From Trichlorobacter lovleyi SZ (GTDB lineage Bacteria > Desulfobacterota > Desulfuromonadia > Geobacterales > Pseudopelobacteraceae), in assembly GCF_000020385.1 (NCBI RefSeq), contig NC_010814.1:1860001-1892000 (forward strand): 32,000 nucleotides of DNA, in the 5' to 3' direction. Of the stretch, positions 9,254-18,207 are shown one piece after another. The position numbers were made by a program, and so were the translations under genes. Numbering within the stretch: position 1 is the stretch's first letter; every line of letters starts with the position of its first letter. The notes beneath the pieces are model-generated. The model did not search any database, was not told the origin of the DNA, and saw only the letters and a program-made list of their open reading frames with translations.

Positions 9254-9288
9254 AAAGAGGGGAGAACCAATGCGGTCCTCCCCTCTTT
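9254..9288. terminator. Bidirectional terminator hairpin between ptsP (+) and the 7TM gene (-)
   Basis: AAAGAGGGGAG-13 nt loop-CTCCCCTCTTT forms an 11-bp stem flanked by A/T runs on both sides. Confidence 0.7.
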
Positions 9289-9316
9289 GTGTAACAGGTA
9301 TGCGTAGTTTGGGTCT

Positions 9317-10111
9317 TTAGCGTAGCAGCTTGAACAGGTAGGCAAAGGTGCCGGCAACCGAGAAGCTGGTCACAAAGTTAAAGATCTTGAAGAGTGACTT
9401 GGCAATATCCACCTTGCCCTGGTGCAGGGCGATGTCTGTGGAGATACCGTCAAACTCGATGATGTCAAGCCAGGGCTTGTCCCATTGATACATCATGAGG
9501 TAGAGACCGGCACCTTTCCAGATCAAGGCGCAGATAAAGACCACACCGAAGGAGAGGATACCATTTGCGATCGGAGAGTCTTTCATCTCTTTGTAGATCT
9601 TGAAGATGGTGTAGATATTGATGATGCAGAGGTAGAACCAGACGGTGTTGTTCATCATCCGGTAGTTACGCAGCACGTAGAGGGATGGCTTCGGGTTCAG
9701 GCTGATGACCAGAATTGCAAACCCGATAATTAAGGCCGTACCAATATAGATGGTCTTTTTGGAACCAGTAATTTCGAGCGTTCGCGTGAAAACGTAGTAT
9801 TCCTGGATGCCAAGGCTGATAACCAGAATTGCAATGGTACCGATCATGTAATGGATGGCAATCATGATGGTAAATGTTTCATGCCATGGATTCAGCTGGT
9901 AAGACTGGCTCCAGAAGAGCAGGAAGAAGCCGATTGAGATACTTGTCCAGATCCGGGCGTTGTTGAGGCTGAAATAAAAACTGATCGCCGCCGCCAGAAA
10001 CCAGAAGAAAACCAGCAGCAGACTGGTGAAATCAATAACTACATTGTTGTAGATCTTGGGTAAAAAAGGGAAAATTGATGTTAAAGCCTGAAAAAAACCT
10101 GTTAAATCCAT
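9317..10111 (-). CDS. Integral membrane protein with about 7 predicted helices; family unknown
   Basis: 264 aa. I count seven hydrophobic segments by eye. A strong SD (GAGGAGGCG) precedes the ATG. The gene is noticeably more AT-rich than its neighbours. I recognise no catalytic or family motif. Confidence 0.8.
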   Translation of the reverse strand: MDLTGFFQALTSIFPFLPKIYNNVVIDFTSLLLVFFWFLAAAISFYFSLNNARIWTSISIGFFLLFWSQSYQLNPWHETFTIMIAIHYMIGTIAILVISLGIQEYYVFTRTLEITGSKKTIYIGTALIIGFAILVISLNPKPSLYVLRNYRMMNNTVWFYLCIINIYTIFKIYKEMKDSPIANGILSFGVVFICALIWKGAGLYLMMYQWDKPWLDIIEFDGISTDIALHQGKVDIAKSLFKIFNFVTSFSVAGTFAYLFKLLR

Positions 10112-10147
10112 AACGCCTCCTCGAAATCTGCGCTGGGCGGAATTAAA

Positions 10148-11098
10148 TTAGAGTTGTGCTGCCTGGTTTGAGATGGCTTCTTTCATCTCTTTAATCTTAT
10201 TGGCACTGGCCAGCAGTTTTGAACCTTTTTCTATTGCAGTAAGCAGTTCCTGCAGTTTTTCCGGCTCATTGAGCGCAGATGCTCCACCAATGTTCATTAA
10301 TTCCTTTTCTGCCAGTGTCCTCCCGAGCTTGCCGATGAACTGATTGGCCAGGTCAATGATTGCAGTTTCAAGGTCGGCTGGAGTAATTTTTGCGGGAATG
10401 GCCGCTGGCCCTGAAGCCGGTGCGGATGATACTACCGGAGCGGTGGCAAAGATGTTACCCGATGATGCCTCCCAGAGTGAGCGGATATCAACCAGTCCTG
10501 CCAGGTCAAGCACGAAACCATCGTTTTCGGCAAGTACCCGCAGATCGACGCGGGCTCCAGGCAGACCGGCAATCTGCTGAACCTCGCCGGCTGAGGTTTC
10601 AATGGCGCTGGAGGCATCATGGAAGAAGCCGACTGTTGCACCGTTGCGATAAAAAATCAGCCCGGCCCGTTCAGGAGTATAAATTTTGAGCGTGGCTGTC
10701 ATTTGTTCAGTCTTGATCCGGTCAAGCAGTGCCTTGAAATCGATCAGTTTGATTTCCTGGCTGTCAATGGTAGCCTGCCCACCTGTTAACGCCATCACTG
10801 CCAGGGTAATGTCCTTTGAAAGTGCATACACACTAAAGGTGCCGCTGGAGGCAAGCAGCATCAACTCTACCAGCGCTTGCAGGGCTGCTTGTTCCTTGAT
10901 CTCTTTGTCCTCTCGGTGCACAATGGCGTTTACCAGCTTGCCTTCGTCATACACCAGGGCGCAGTCAGCTGATGGAAAGTCAAACATGGCGCACCCGGTC
11001 AGTTTGCCGTTTTTAAGCTTTTCCAATGCTTCTGGGAGTTGCAACTTTGAGATCGGGACATTCTCGGCCAGCGGGTTTCCTTTTGGCAGCAGAAACAT
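10148..11098 (-). CDS. Cytoplasmic protein with two tandem DUF4388/PATAN-like repeats, a Pro/Ala/Ser linker and a C-terminal helical domain
   Basis: I chose the start at MFLLPKGN (ATG = complement of 11096-11098, with GAGGGA upstream); the track ORF extends to 11152. The two repeats are LPEALEKLKNGKLTGCAMFDFPSADCALVYDEGKLVNA and FKALLDRIKTEQMTATLKIYTPERAGLIFYRNGATVGF. Both follow the DUF4388 pattern seen in the 26236-27558 protein. Confidence 0.72.
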   Translation of the reverse strand: MFLLPKGNPLAENVPISKLQLPEALEKLKNGKLTGCAMFDFPSADCALVYDEGKLVNAIVHREDKEIKEQAALQALVELMLLASSGTFSVYALSKDITLAVMALTGGQATIDSQEIKLIDFKALLDRIKTEQMTATLKIYTPERAGLIFYRNGATVGFFHDASSAIETSAGEVQQIAGLPGARVDLRVLAENDGFVLDLAGLVDIRSLWEASSGNIFATAPVVSSAPASGPAAIPAKITPADLETAIIDLANQFIGKLGRTLAEKELMNIGGASALNEPEKLQELLTAIEKGSKLLASANKIKEMKEAISNQAAQL

Positions 11099-11287
11099 AA
11101 TGGGGATCCCTCGATGTGGAGTGGCAGGGAAGTTCCCTGCGAAGTGCCTCATTTAGCAGCAGTCCCGACAGCAGATGTCAGGCAATGCTGGGTATTGTAA
11201 CTAATGAATTGCTCCTGTCAAGCTCTGTGCCACAAAAATGTTTGTTTTTCTTAACATAACACTGTTTCCTAATTATGGTATTTTCTG

Positions 11288-13732
11288 ATGATTCCTGAAC
11301 GTCCGCTCGTAATACCACTTGCCTTTCTTGCTGCCGGCAGCCTGGCAGAGTATCTGTTGGCTATTCCTTTTTCCAGATTGATTCCAGTGGTTCTGTTAGT
11401 TTTGCTTGTTTTTGCTCTGCCGTTTAGGAAGCAGGTGCTGTTCAGCTGTCTGCTGGCATTATTCTGGATGAGCTGGGAGATGGCTGCCCTGGCTCCCAGG
11501 CTGGATATCAGGAATGTCAGGACAGGAATCTCAGGCTATGAGGGAAAGCAGCTTCTGGTTGAGGGGATAGTGGTGCGGCGTCCAGCCATCCTGCCTGAAG
11601 GAGAACGGCTCGTGCTGCAGGTCGAGCGGGTCTTTGCAGGCAGCGCAGAGTCTCTCTCGAGCGGTTCCCTGTTGTTAACCATTGCAAAGGGGCACGGGAG
11701 CTGGCTGACCGGTGACCGGATACGTTGTCCGGTGAAAGTCAGGGTTCCACAACTGCTTGGGCTGCCCGGTGAGTTTGATTACGGTCGGTATCTGACATTG
11801 CGCGGCATTGAAGCAACTGGCTGGATACCTGATGCTGAATCGGTTGTTCTGATGCGTGGAGCTGCCAGAGCGTCATGGCAGCGCAGCATAGATAGTCTGG
11901 CCATGCGCAGCCAGGAATTCATTCGCCAGTGCCTGCCCGACTCCGCTCAGCGTGGCGTCGTGCTTGCCCTGGCAACCGGCAACCAGCAGGAGGTGCCTCC
12001 AGATGTAGCTGCAGCCTATACTCGGGCTGGTGTTACCCATATACTGTCCGTTTCCGGCTTCCATGTCGGGGTGGTGACAGCGGTCTGGGTCATCATGCTT
12101 AGATGGCTGATGCTGCGGTGGGAATGGCTGGCTCTGCAGCTGGATCTCCGCAGAGCTGCCTTGTTGTCAACGCTGCCGGTTATGTTGCTGTATCTGGTCT
12201 TTACGGGGGGAGCGCCGGCCACTGCAAGGTCAGTATTTATGGTGGCGGCAGTGGTGTTGGCGGCCTGGAGTGAACGTGAAATAGATCTCCTGGATGCGTT
12301 GTTACTGGCAGCCTTTGTGCTGTTACTGCAAGATCCTGCTGTGCTGTTTAATCTCTCGTTCCAGCTTTCCTTCTTGTCTCTGTGGGGATTGCTTGTCCTG
12401 ACACCACTTTTGACTAAACCTGTTGAGCATCTGCTAAAGCAGGAATGGCAGCGTATGACAGTACTGTTTTTTGCCGCCTCTCTGGCTGCTGTGCTTGCAA
12501 CTATGGCACCGGTGCTTGCATCATTTCATCAGGTTTCATTTACCGGAATAGCAGCTAATCTGGTGGTGGTGCCATTGCTCGGTTACGGTGCAACAGTTCT
12601 GGCAACAATGGCAGTCCCTCTGTCATTTTTCATGCCGTCGTTTGCTGCCTTGGTGCTGATGTTTACAGGCTGGCTGGTGCAGTTGAGTAATACTTTTGTC
12701 CAGTGGATCGCCCGGGTTCCGGTACTTCACAGTTTCAGTGCCGGCAGCACTGATGTGGTGATAACCATTGCCTTGCTTGCTGTACTTGGCTTTGTACATG
12801 GACGCCGGACCAGGATGTATGCCGGCAGCCTGCTGCTGGTTGCCCTGGTGCTGGTGCACCTCTGGCCTGGTCCTGCACTGGATGGGAAGCTCAGGATGAC
12901 TTTTTTGAGTGTGGGGCAAGGGGATGCAACCTTGATTCAATTGCCTGACGGGCGTACCATGCTGGTGGATGGTGGTGGTTATCTGCGGGATACCGGCCGG
13001 GATTTCGGTGAACGATACCTGGTACCCGCCTTGCACGGTCTGAGTGTTAAACAGATTGATATCATGGTGTTAAGCCATCCACATCCTGATCATCTGGGAG
13101 GATTGCCTGCAGTTGCAGAACAGTTCAAGGTAGGGGAATACTGGCAGGCAAAAGGCAGCGCTCAGGGGGCTGACTATCAGCGTTTGATAAATGCGTTGGC
13201 GCATCAGAAAACAACTACGCGGATCTTGCAACAGGGGGATCGTCTTCAGGTTGGGGAGGGGGTGCTGGTTTCTGTTCTGTCATCACCGCAAGGGGAACAG
13301 TCCCTGAAAACCGATAACGACGATTCACTGGTGCTGCAGCTTCAGCAGGCAGGTTTCAGTGCTTTGATGATGGGCGATGCCGGTTTTCCGGTTGAGGAGA
13401 TGCTGCTGAGCCAAGGGATAGGACCGGCAACCGTGCTCAAGGTGGGACACCATGGCAGTAAAACTGCCACAGGTGAGAGCTTTCTGCGACGAATCAAGCC
13501 AAACGTTGCAGTGGTATCGGTTGGTGCAGGCAACAGTTTTGGTCTGCCGGCGGACGAGACGCTGGATAAAATCAGGCACCAGGGGGCTGTTCTTTATCGT
13601 ACCGACCAGCAGGGTACTATTCAGCTGCTCAGTGACGGACACACCTATACGGTTGGGCCGCTTGTGACGGAAAATGGATTGGTGCGAGCAATCAGACGTT
13701 TTGCTTTGACAGCCAGTAACCAGCTGCGATAA
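11288..13732 (+). CDS. comEC: DNA internalisation-related competence protein ComEC/Rec2 (polytopic membrane domain + metallo-beta-lactamase domain)
   Basis: 814 aa. The competence-domain signature THILSVSGFHVG is present, followed by many TM helices. The C-terminal MBL domain has FLSVGQGDA, DGG, SHPHPDHLGGL and KVGHHGS. Confidence 0.9.
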   Translation: MIPERPLVIPLAFLAAGSLAEYLLAIPFSRLIPVVLLVLLVFALPFRKQVLFSCLLALFWMSWEMAALAPRLDIRNVRTGISGYEGKQLLVEGIVVRRPAILPEGERLVLQVERVFAGSAESLSSGSLLLTIAKGHGSWLTGDRIRCPVKVRVPQLLGLPGEFDYGRYLTLRGIEATGWIPDAESVVLMRGAARASWQRSIDSLAMRSQEFIRQCLPDSAQRGVVLALATGNQQEVPPDVAAAYTRAGVTHILSVSGFHVGVVTAVWVIMLRWLMLRWEWLALQLDLRRAALLSTLPVMLLYLVFTGGAPATARSVFMVAAVVLAAWSEREIDLLDALLLAAFVLLLQDPAVLFNLSFQLSFLSLWGLLVLTPLLTKPVEHLLKQEWQRMTVLFFAASLAAVLATMAPVLASFHQVSFTGIAANLVVVPLLGYGATVLATMAVPLSFFMPSFAALVLMFTGWLVQLSNTFVQWIARVPVLHSFSAGSTDVVITIALLAVLGFVHGRRTRMYAGSLLLVALVLVHLWPGPALDGKLRMTFLSVGQGDATLIQLPDGRTMLVDGGGYLRDTGRDFGERYLVPALHGLSVKQIDIMVLSHPHPDHLGGLPAVAEQFKVGEYWQAKGSAQGADYQRLINALAHQKTTTRILQQGDRLQVGEGVLVSVLSSPQGEQSLKTDNDDSLVLQLQQAGFSALMMGDAGFPVEEMLLSQGIGPATVLKVGHHGSKTATGESFLRRIKPNVAVVSVGAGNSFGLPADETLDKIRHQGAVLYRTDQQGTIQLLSDGHTYTVGPLVTENGLVRAIRRFALTASNQLR

Positions 13733-13775
13733 TAAATTACAGTTAATACACGTGCGTTTCCAGGTGCAAACTCAG

Positions 13776-15197
13776 ATGCCGACAACCCATTTGATGGATG
13801 AAATACTGATCGTCGAAGATGATCGCTTTTTCCGGGAGCTCTATGCCGACCTCCTGAGGCAGGCGGGCTATAGTGTCACCACAGCCTGTTCCGGTGAAGA
13901 GGCGACCGAGCAGCTGGCTTGTTCCCGCTTCGGCCTGGTGGTGACAGACCTGACCATGCCCGGCATTTCCGGTTTGGAACTGTTGGTCAAGATAAAGTCT
14001 CAAGATCCCTCGATTGATGTTATTCTGGTAACTGCCAACGCCGATCTGGAGTCAGCTCTTTTTTCTCTCAAGCATGGTGCTCGAGATTTTTTATTAAAGC
14101 CGATCAATTCCGATGAGCTCTTGCATGCCGTACGACTCTGCATGGAACAACGTCGTCTGCTTGATGAGAACGTCGAGTTGCGCAACATGCTGGGCCTCCT
14201 GCAGACCAGCCAGACCCTGTCCAGTTGTCTGGACCTGGAGGGGGTCTGTCACCTCGCGGTTGATGCGCTGGCCCGTGAGGCCGGTGTGAGTCGCGGCATT
14301 GGTATGGTGCAGTTGGAAGGTGAGTTTGTTATCAAAGAACTCAAAGGGCTCGATGCTGCAACCGGTTCATTACTGGACAGGCTGCTGGCCTCTTCCTATC
14401 GCAAACGGGTTTCCCGTAAAGGGCAGCCGATCCGGATATTGCTGCCGGCAGGGCACGAAGAGCTTGATCAAGCCGACCTCAGGGAGGCAATTCTTTTCCC
14501 TCTCACCATCAGAAGCAGCTGTCCCGGCATGGTGATCCTCCTGAATGATCCCAACCAGATAGTGCCACCCATCAAGAATGAGCGTAATATCAACTTTCTT
14601 GAAGAGCATGCTGCCAGAGCCCTGGACAATGCCCTGCGTTTCACCTCAACCAGAGATCTGCTTTATATCGATGAGTTGTCCGGTCTGTTCAACTACCGCT
14701 ACCTGAAGGTTGCCCTGGAACGTGAAATAAAGCGGGCTGACCGCTACTCCACTCAGTTGTCGGTAGTGTTTCTTGATCTGGATAATTTTAAAGGGGTGAA
14801 CGATACCTATGGTCATCTGGTGGGCAGTAACCTGCTCAAGGAGCTGGGAGCACTCCTGAAAAAGTCGGTCCGTGAGGTTGATGTGGTGATCCGCTACGGC
14901 GGCGATGAGTATACTATTATACTGGTGGAAACCGGGGCTGAAACGGCTCATTGTGTCGGTGAGCGTATCCGGCGGATGATTGAAAAACACAGCTTTCTTT
15001 CCCTGGAGGGCTATCAGATTCAATTGACTGCCAGTCTGGGACTGGCCTGTTACCCGGAAGACACCACGGGACTTGAGGAACTGCTTTCAATGGCCGACAA
15101 GGCTATGTATGCCGGCAAGGCCTCGGGAAAAAACTGTGTTTACCGCATTGTCAGCCCGCTGGCTGGCGGTGGAGTACTGCATAAGGAGCAACGATGA
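13776..15197 (+). CDS. Response-regulator receiver + central GAF-like region + GGDEF diguanylate cyclase domain
   Basis: The REC domain reads ILIVEDD...VVTDLTMPG...LLKP. The GGDEF domain reads DELSGLFNYRY...FLDLDNFKGVND.YGH..G...L, with the active-site variant GGDEY (14898-14912) and the RxxD I-site REVD (14871-14882). I chose the ATG at 13776; the track ORF starts at a GTG at 13752. Confidence 0.9.
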   Translation: MPTTHLMDEILIVEDDRFFRELYADLLRQAGYSVTTACSGEEATEQLACSRFGLVVTDLTMPGISGLELLVKIKSQDPSIDVILVTANADLESALFSLKHGARDFLLKPINSDELLHAVRLCMEQRRLLDENVELRNMLGLLQTSQTLSSCLDLEGVCHLAVDALAREAGVSRGIGMVQLEGEFVIKELKGLDAATGSLLDRLLASSYRKRVSRKGQPIRILLPAGHEELDQADLREAILFPLTIRSSCPGMVILLNDPNQIVPPIKNERNINFLEEHAARALDNALRFTSTRDLLYIDELSGLFNYRYLKVALEREIKRADRYSTQLSVVFLDLDNFKGVNDTYGHLVGSNLLKELGALLKKSVREVDVVIRYGGDEYTIILVETGAETAHCVGERIRRMIEKHSFLSLEGYQIQLTASLGLACYPEDTTGLEELLSMADKAMYAGKASGKNCVYRIVSPLAGGGVLHKEQR

Positions 15198-16453
15198 GCA
15201 TAACCGGTATCAAGGGCTTTAATGATCTTTTACCCGCAGAATCAGGTCTTTGGCAGTTTATTGAACAAACGGCCCGACAGGTCTTTGCACGCTACGGTTT
15301 TAACGAGATCCGTGTGCCGATCGTTGAAAAAACCGAGCTGTTTTGCCGCTCAATTGGTGATACCACCGATATTGTTGAAAAGGAGATGTATACCTTTATG
15401 GACAAGGGGGGCAGCAGTCTGACCCTGCGGCCTGAGGGAACGGCCAGTGTGATGCGGGCATTGATCGAGCATAAATTGTACGCCCTGGATAGTATCAACA
15501 AGCTCTACTATATGGGCCCCATGTTTCGCCACGAACGTCCCCAGAAAGGGCGTTACCGCCAGTTCCATCAGATTGGAGCCGAGGTGACCGGTGCTGCGGA
15601 CCCGCTGATTGATGCCCAGGTGCTGTTGATGGTCAGTCGTCTGTTTCAGGAGTTCGGGTTGACCGAGCCGCGGCTGCAGATCAATTCATTGGGATGCCCG
15701 GCCTGCCGCCCGGCCTATCGGCAAGCCCTGGTGGCCTTTCTGGCGGAACGTCAGGAAGCGCTTTGTGAAGACTGTCGTCGGCGTCAGGGCACCAATCCCT
15801 TGCGGGCACTGGATTGCAAGGTTCCCGGATGTATCGAGGCCACGCAAGGTGCCCCTGCCATGGTCGAACACCTCTGTAACGAGTGTGATCAGCATTTCAG
15901 CATGGTCCAAAACTACCTGACAGCCGCAGAAGTGCCGTTCAGCCTCAATCCCCGTATGGTCAGAGGACTCGATTACTACACCCGTACCACCTTTGAGCTG
16001 GTAACCGGCCTGCTGGGTGCTCAGTCAGCAGTGGCAGCCGGCGGGCGGTATGATGGCCTGGTGGAGCAGCTTGGCGGGCCTGCCGTGCCTGGTATCGGTT
16101 TTGCCCTTGGCGTGGAGCGGGTGGCATTGTTGCTTGGCGACCGCAGTTTTGAAAAAACGCCGGATCTGTTCATTGCTGTCATGGGTGATGCTGCCCGGAC
16201 AGCAGGTTTTCGTCTGATGGCAGCCCTGCAGGATCAAGGATTCTGGGTAGAAACTGATTGTGAGGGGAAAAGTCTGAAAAGTCAGATGCGGCGGGCTGAC
16301 AAGCTGAAATCCCGTTACAGTATTGTGTTGGGGGATACCGAGCTGGTTGCCGGCAGCGGGACGTTAAAGCGGATGGCGGACGGCAATCAGCAGCCGGTAC
16401 ATCTTGAAGCGGCAACTATTGCAGCAGCTATCACAGGAGGTGGGCAGACATGA
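15194..16453 (+). CDS. hisS: Histidine--tRNA ligase
   Basis: 419 aa. Class II motifs are present: LRPEGTA, MFRHERPQKGRYRQFHQ, GGGRYDGL and GFALGVER. ATGA overlaps occur at both ends (15194-15197 and 16450-16453). Confidence 0.95.
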   Translation: MSITGIKGFNDLLPAESGLWQFIEQTARQVFARYGFNEIRVPIVEKTELFCRSIGDTTDIVEKEMYTFMDKGGSSLTLRPEGTASVMRALIEHKLYALDSINKLYYMGPMFRHERPQKGRYRQFHQIGAEVTGAADPLIDAQVLLMVSRLFQEFGLTEPRLQINSLGCPACRPAYRQALVAFLAERQEALCEDCRRRQGTNPLRALDCKVPGCIEATQGAPAMVEHLCNECDQHFSMVQNYLTAAEVPFSLNPRMVRGLDYYTRTTFELVTGLLGAQSAVAAGGRYDGLVEQLGGPAVPGIGFALGVERVALLLGDRSFEKTPDLFIAVMGDAARTAGFRLMAALQDQGFWVETDCEGKSLKSQMRRADKLKSRYSIVLGDTELVAGSGTLKRMADGNQQPVHLEAATIAAAITGGGQT

Positions 16454-18207
16454 ATTACCCGATCTGGTTTGTTCCGGCGTTTGGTGGCGGCCTGCTGATC
16501 GCACTGGTGGCTATTGTGCATGTCTTTGTCTCCCATTTTGCGGTGGGGGGCGGGCTCTATCTGGTGCTGGCCGAGCGGAAGGCGATCAAGGAAAAAAGCC
16601 AGGCAATCATGGACTTTGTCAAAAAGCATACAAAGTTCTTTATGCTGCTGACCATGGTCTTTGGCGGTCTGACCGGTGTTGCCATCTGGTTTGTGATCTC
16701 TCTGATCCACCCCGCTGCCACCTCACTGCTGATCCATACCTTTGTGTTTGGCTGGGCAGCTGAATGGGTCTTTTTTCTGGTGGAGATTGTGGCCCTGTTT
16801 GTCTACTTCTATGCCTTTGGCAAGATGGATGACCGGACCCACCAGACCATCGGCTGGATCTATTTCGGTGCAGCCTGGATGAGTCTGTTTCTGATTAACG
16901 GCATCATCGACTTTATGCTGACCCCCGGTAGCTGGATCAGCACCAGCAATTTCTGGTCCGGCTTTTTCAACCCGACCTTCTGGCCCTCACTGTTCTTTCG
17001 CAGCTTTATGAGTTTTATGCTGGCCGGTTGCTACGGTTTTCTGACAGCCACCTTTCTGAAGGATGAAGAGGCCAGACACCGGATGATCCGCTACTCGGGT
17101 GTCTGGGCACTGGTGTCATTGATCCTGTCGGTGCCGGCAGGCTGGTGGTATATCTCGGTGCTGCCCGACAAGGCGCGCAGCCTTGTCGGAGGGGCCTCCC
17201 CAACCATTACCCGTGCAGCTACTGTAGGCGCCTTTTCCTTGGCCGCCTTGGCCGGCCTGGTGATGGTCCTGATTCTGCTGCATCCCAGGGCACGTACCCG
17301 GACGTTGACGGTGGTGGTTATGGTTGCTGCCATGGGCTATATGGGAGCCTTTGAATGGACCCGTGAGGCGGCCCGTCGTCCCTACGTTATTAACGAAGTG
17401 ATGTACTCCAACGGCATTCTCAAGAGCGAGGTGGAGCGGATCAACCGGGAAGGGTTTCTGAAAAATGCCAGGTGGGTACAGCAGAAAGAGATAACGGAAG
17501 CCAATCAGCTTGAGGCAGGTCGTGAACTGTTTCTGCATCAGTGCTTTGCCTGCCATACCGTAGGTGGCTTCAACAACGATATCATCAGGCGCACCAAAAA
17601 CATGAGCTACGGCGCCATGCGCAAATACCTGACAACCATTCATGAAAAACGTTATTTCATGCCTCCCTTTGTCGGAAACGAGACGGAGTTGAAGGCGTTG
17701 GCCGCCTACCTGACCGCCGGGCTGCATAAAAAACCGTTGGCGGATGATGGCGGCGCTGCTGGTGATCGCGGCACTGTTCTGTACGAAGAGAACTGTGCTG
17801 CCTGCCATAGTGCCGAAAGTATCAAACCTAAGATGAAGGGTTGGGAACTGGCAAAGATACGTGCCGCACTGGATAAACTGCCTGCCCTTAACCCCGCCAT
17901 GCCGGAATATAATGCACCTGCGCCTGACAAAGATGCAGTGGCCGGCTATCTGTTCAGTCTGAATAACCCCGGCGCCGATTCTTCTGCCAAGGATCAGGGG
18001 GCCACCTTGTACGAGGAAAATTGCGCAGCCTGCCACAGTCTTGATCAGGTCAAGCCAAAGATGGCCGGTTGGCCAAAGAAGAAGATTCGTTCTGCCCTTG
18101 ATAAGCTGTCGGCGCTCAATCCAGCCATGCCGGATTATTCGGGAACCGCTGTTGAAAAAGATTTTCTGGCTGACTATCTGGCCAAACACACAGGAGGTGC
18201 CCAATGA
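16450..18207 (+). CDS. Cytochrome bd subunit I (CydA)-like polytopic membrane domain fused to three class-I cytochrome c domains
   Basis: 585 aa. Residues 1-305 contain about 8-9 helices, including HVFVSHF and AAEWVFFLVEIVALFVYFYAFGKMD, which resembles the CydA glutamate helix (FFLES.F.GL.FFGW). CxxCH motifs start at aa 365 (CFACH), 449 and 525 (both CAACH), each with a downstream MP methionine. The bd-family assignment is made by eye only. Confidence 0.7.
   Translation: MNYPIWFVPAFGGGLLIALVAIVHVFVSHFAVGGGLYLVLAERKAIKEKSQAIMDFVKKHTKFFMLLTMVFGGLTGVAIWFVISLIHPAATSLLIHTFVFGWAAEWVFFLVEIVALFVYFYAFGKMDDRTHQTIGWIYFGAAWMSLFLINGIIDFMLTPGSWISTSNFWSGFFNPTFWPSLFFRSFMSFMLAGCYGFLTATFLKDEEARHRMIRYSGVWALVSLILSVPAGWWYISVLPDKARSLVGGASPTITRAATVGAFSLAALAGLVMVLILLHPRARTRTLTVVVMVAAMGYMGAFEWTREAARRPYVINEVMYSNGILKSEVERINREGFLKNARWVQQKEITEANQLEAGRELFLHQCFACHTVGGFNNDIIRRTKNMSYGAMRKYLTTIHEKRYFMPPFVGNETELKALAAYLTAGLHKKPLADDGGAAGDRGTVLYEENCAACHSAESIKPKMKGWELAKIRAALDKLPALNPAMPEYNAPAPDKDAVAGYLFSLNNPGADSSAKDQGATLYEENCAACHSLDQVKPKMAGWPKKKIRSALDKLSALNPAMPDYSGTAVEKDFLADYLAKHTGGAQ
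17770..18186 (+). repeat. Tandem intragenic duplication encoding two ~63-aa cytochrome c modules
   Basis: The first copy, 17770-17958, encodes GTVLYEENCAACHSAESIKPKMKGWELAKIRAALDKLPALNPAMPEY.... The second, 17998-18186, encodes GATLYEENCAACHSLDQVKPKMAGWPKKKIRSALDKLSALNPAMPDY.... They are separated by a short Gly/Ser/Asp linker. Confidence 0.85.

Noticed and set aside
9317-10111. 7-helix membrane protein as a microbial rhodopsin
   Set aside because: It has no RYxDW-type helix-3 motif. The only D..K pair near helix 7 (VDIAKS) has the wrong spacing and sits in an amphipathic segment preceding the helix, so no retinal-lysine context is recognisable.
9317-10111. Low-GC 7TM gene as a horizontally acquired islet
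   Set aside because: I saw no flanking direct repeats, integrase or tRNA. The AT-richness is largely explained by Phe/Ile/Tyr/Asn/Lys-rich membrane composition, and the adjacent ptsP 5' half is also AT-richer than average. I could not compute GC or codon statistics here.
11217-11232. Sigma54-like -24/-12 element (minus strand TGGCAC-N5-TTGAC) upstream of the tandem-DUF4388 gene
   Set aside because: The -24 TGGCAC is perfect, but the invariant -12 GC is replaced by GA (TTGA). No enhancer-binding protein gene is nearby. The evidence is too weak to call.
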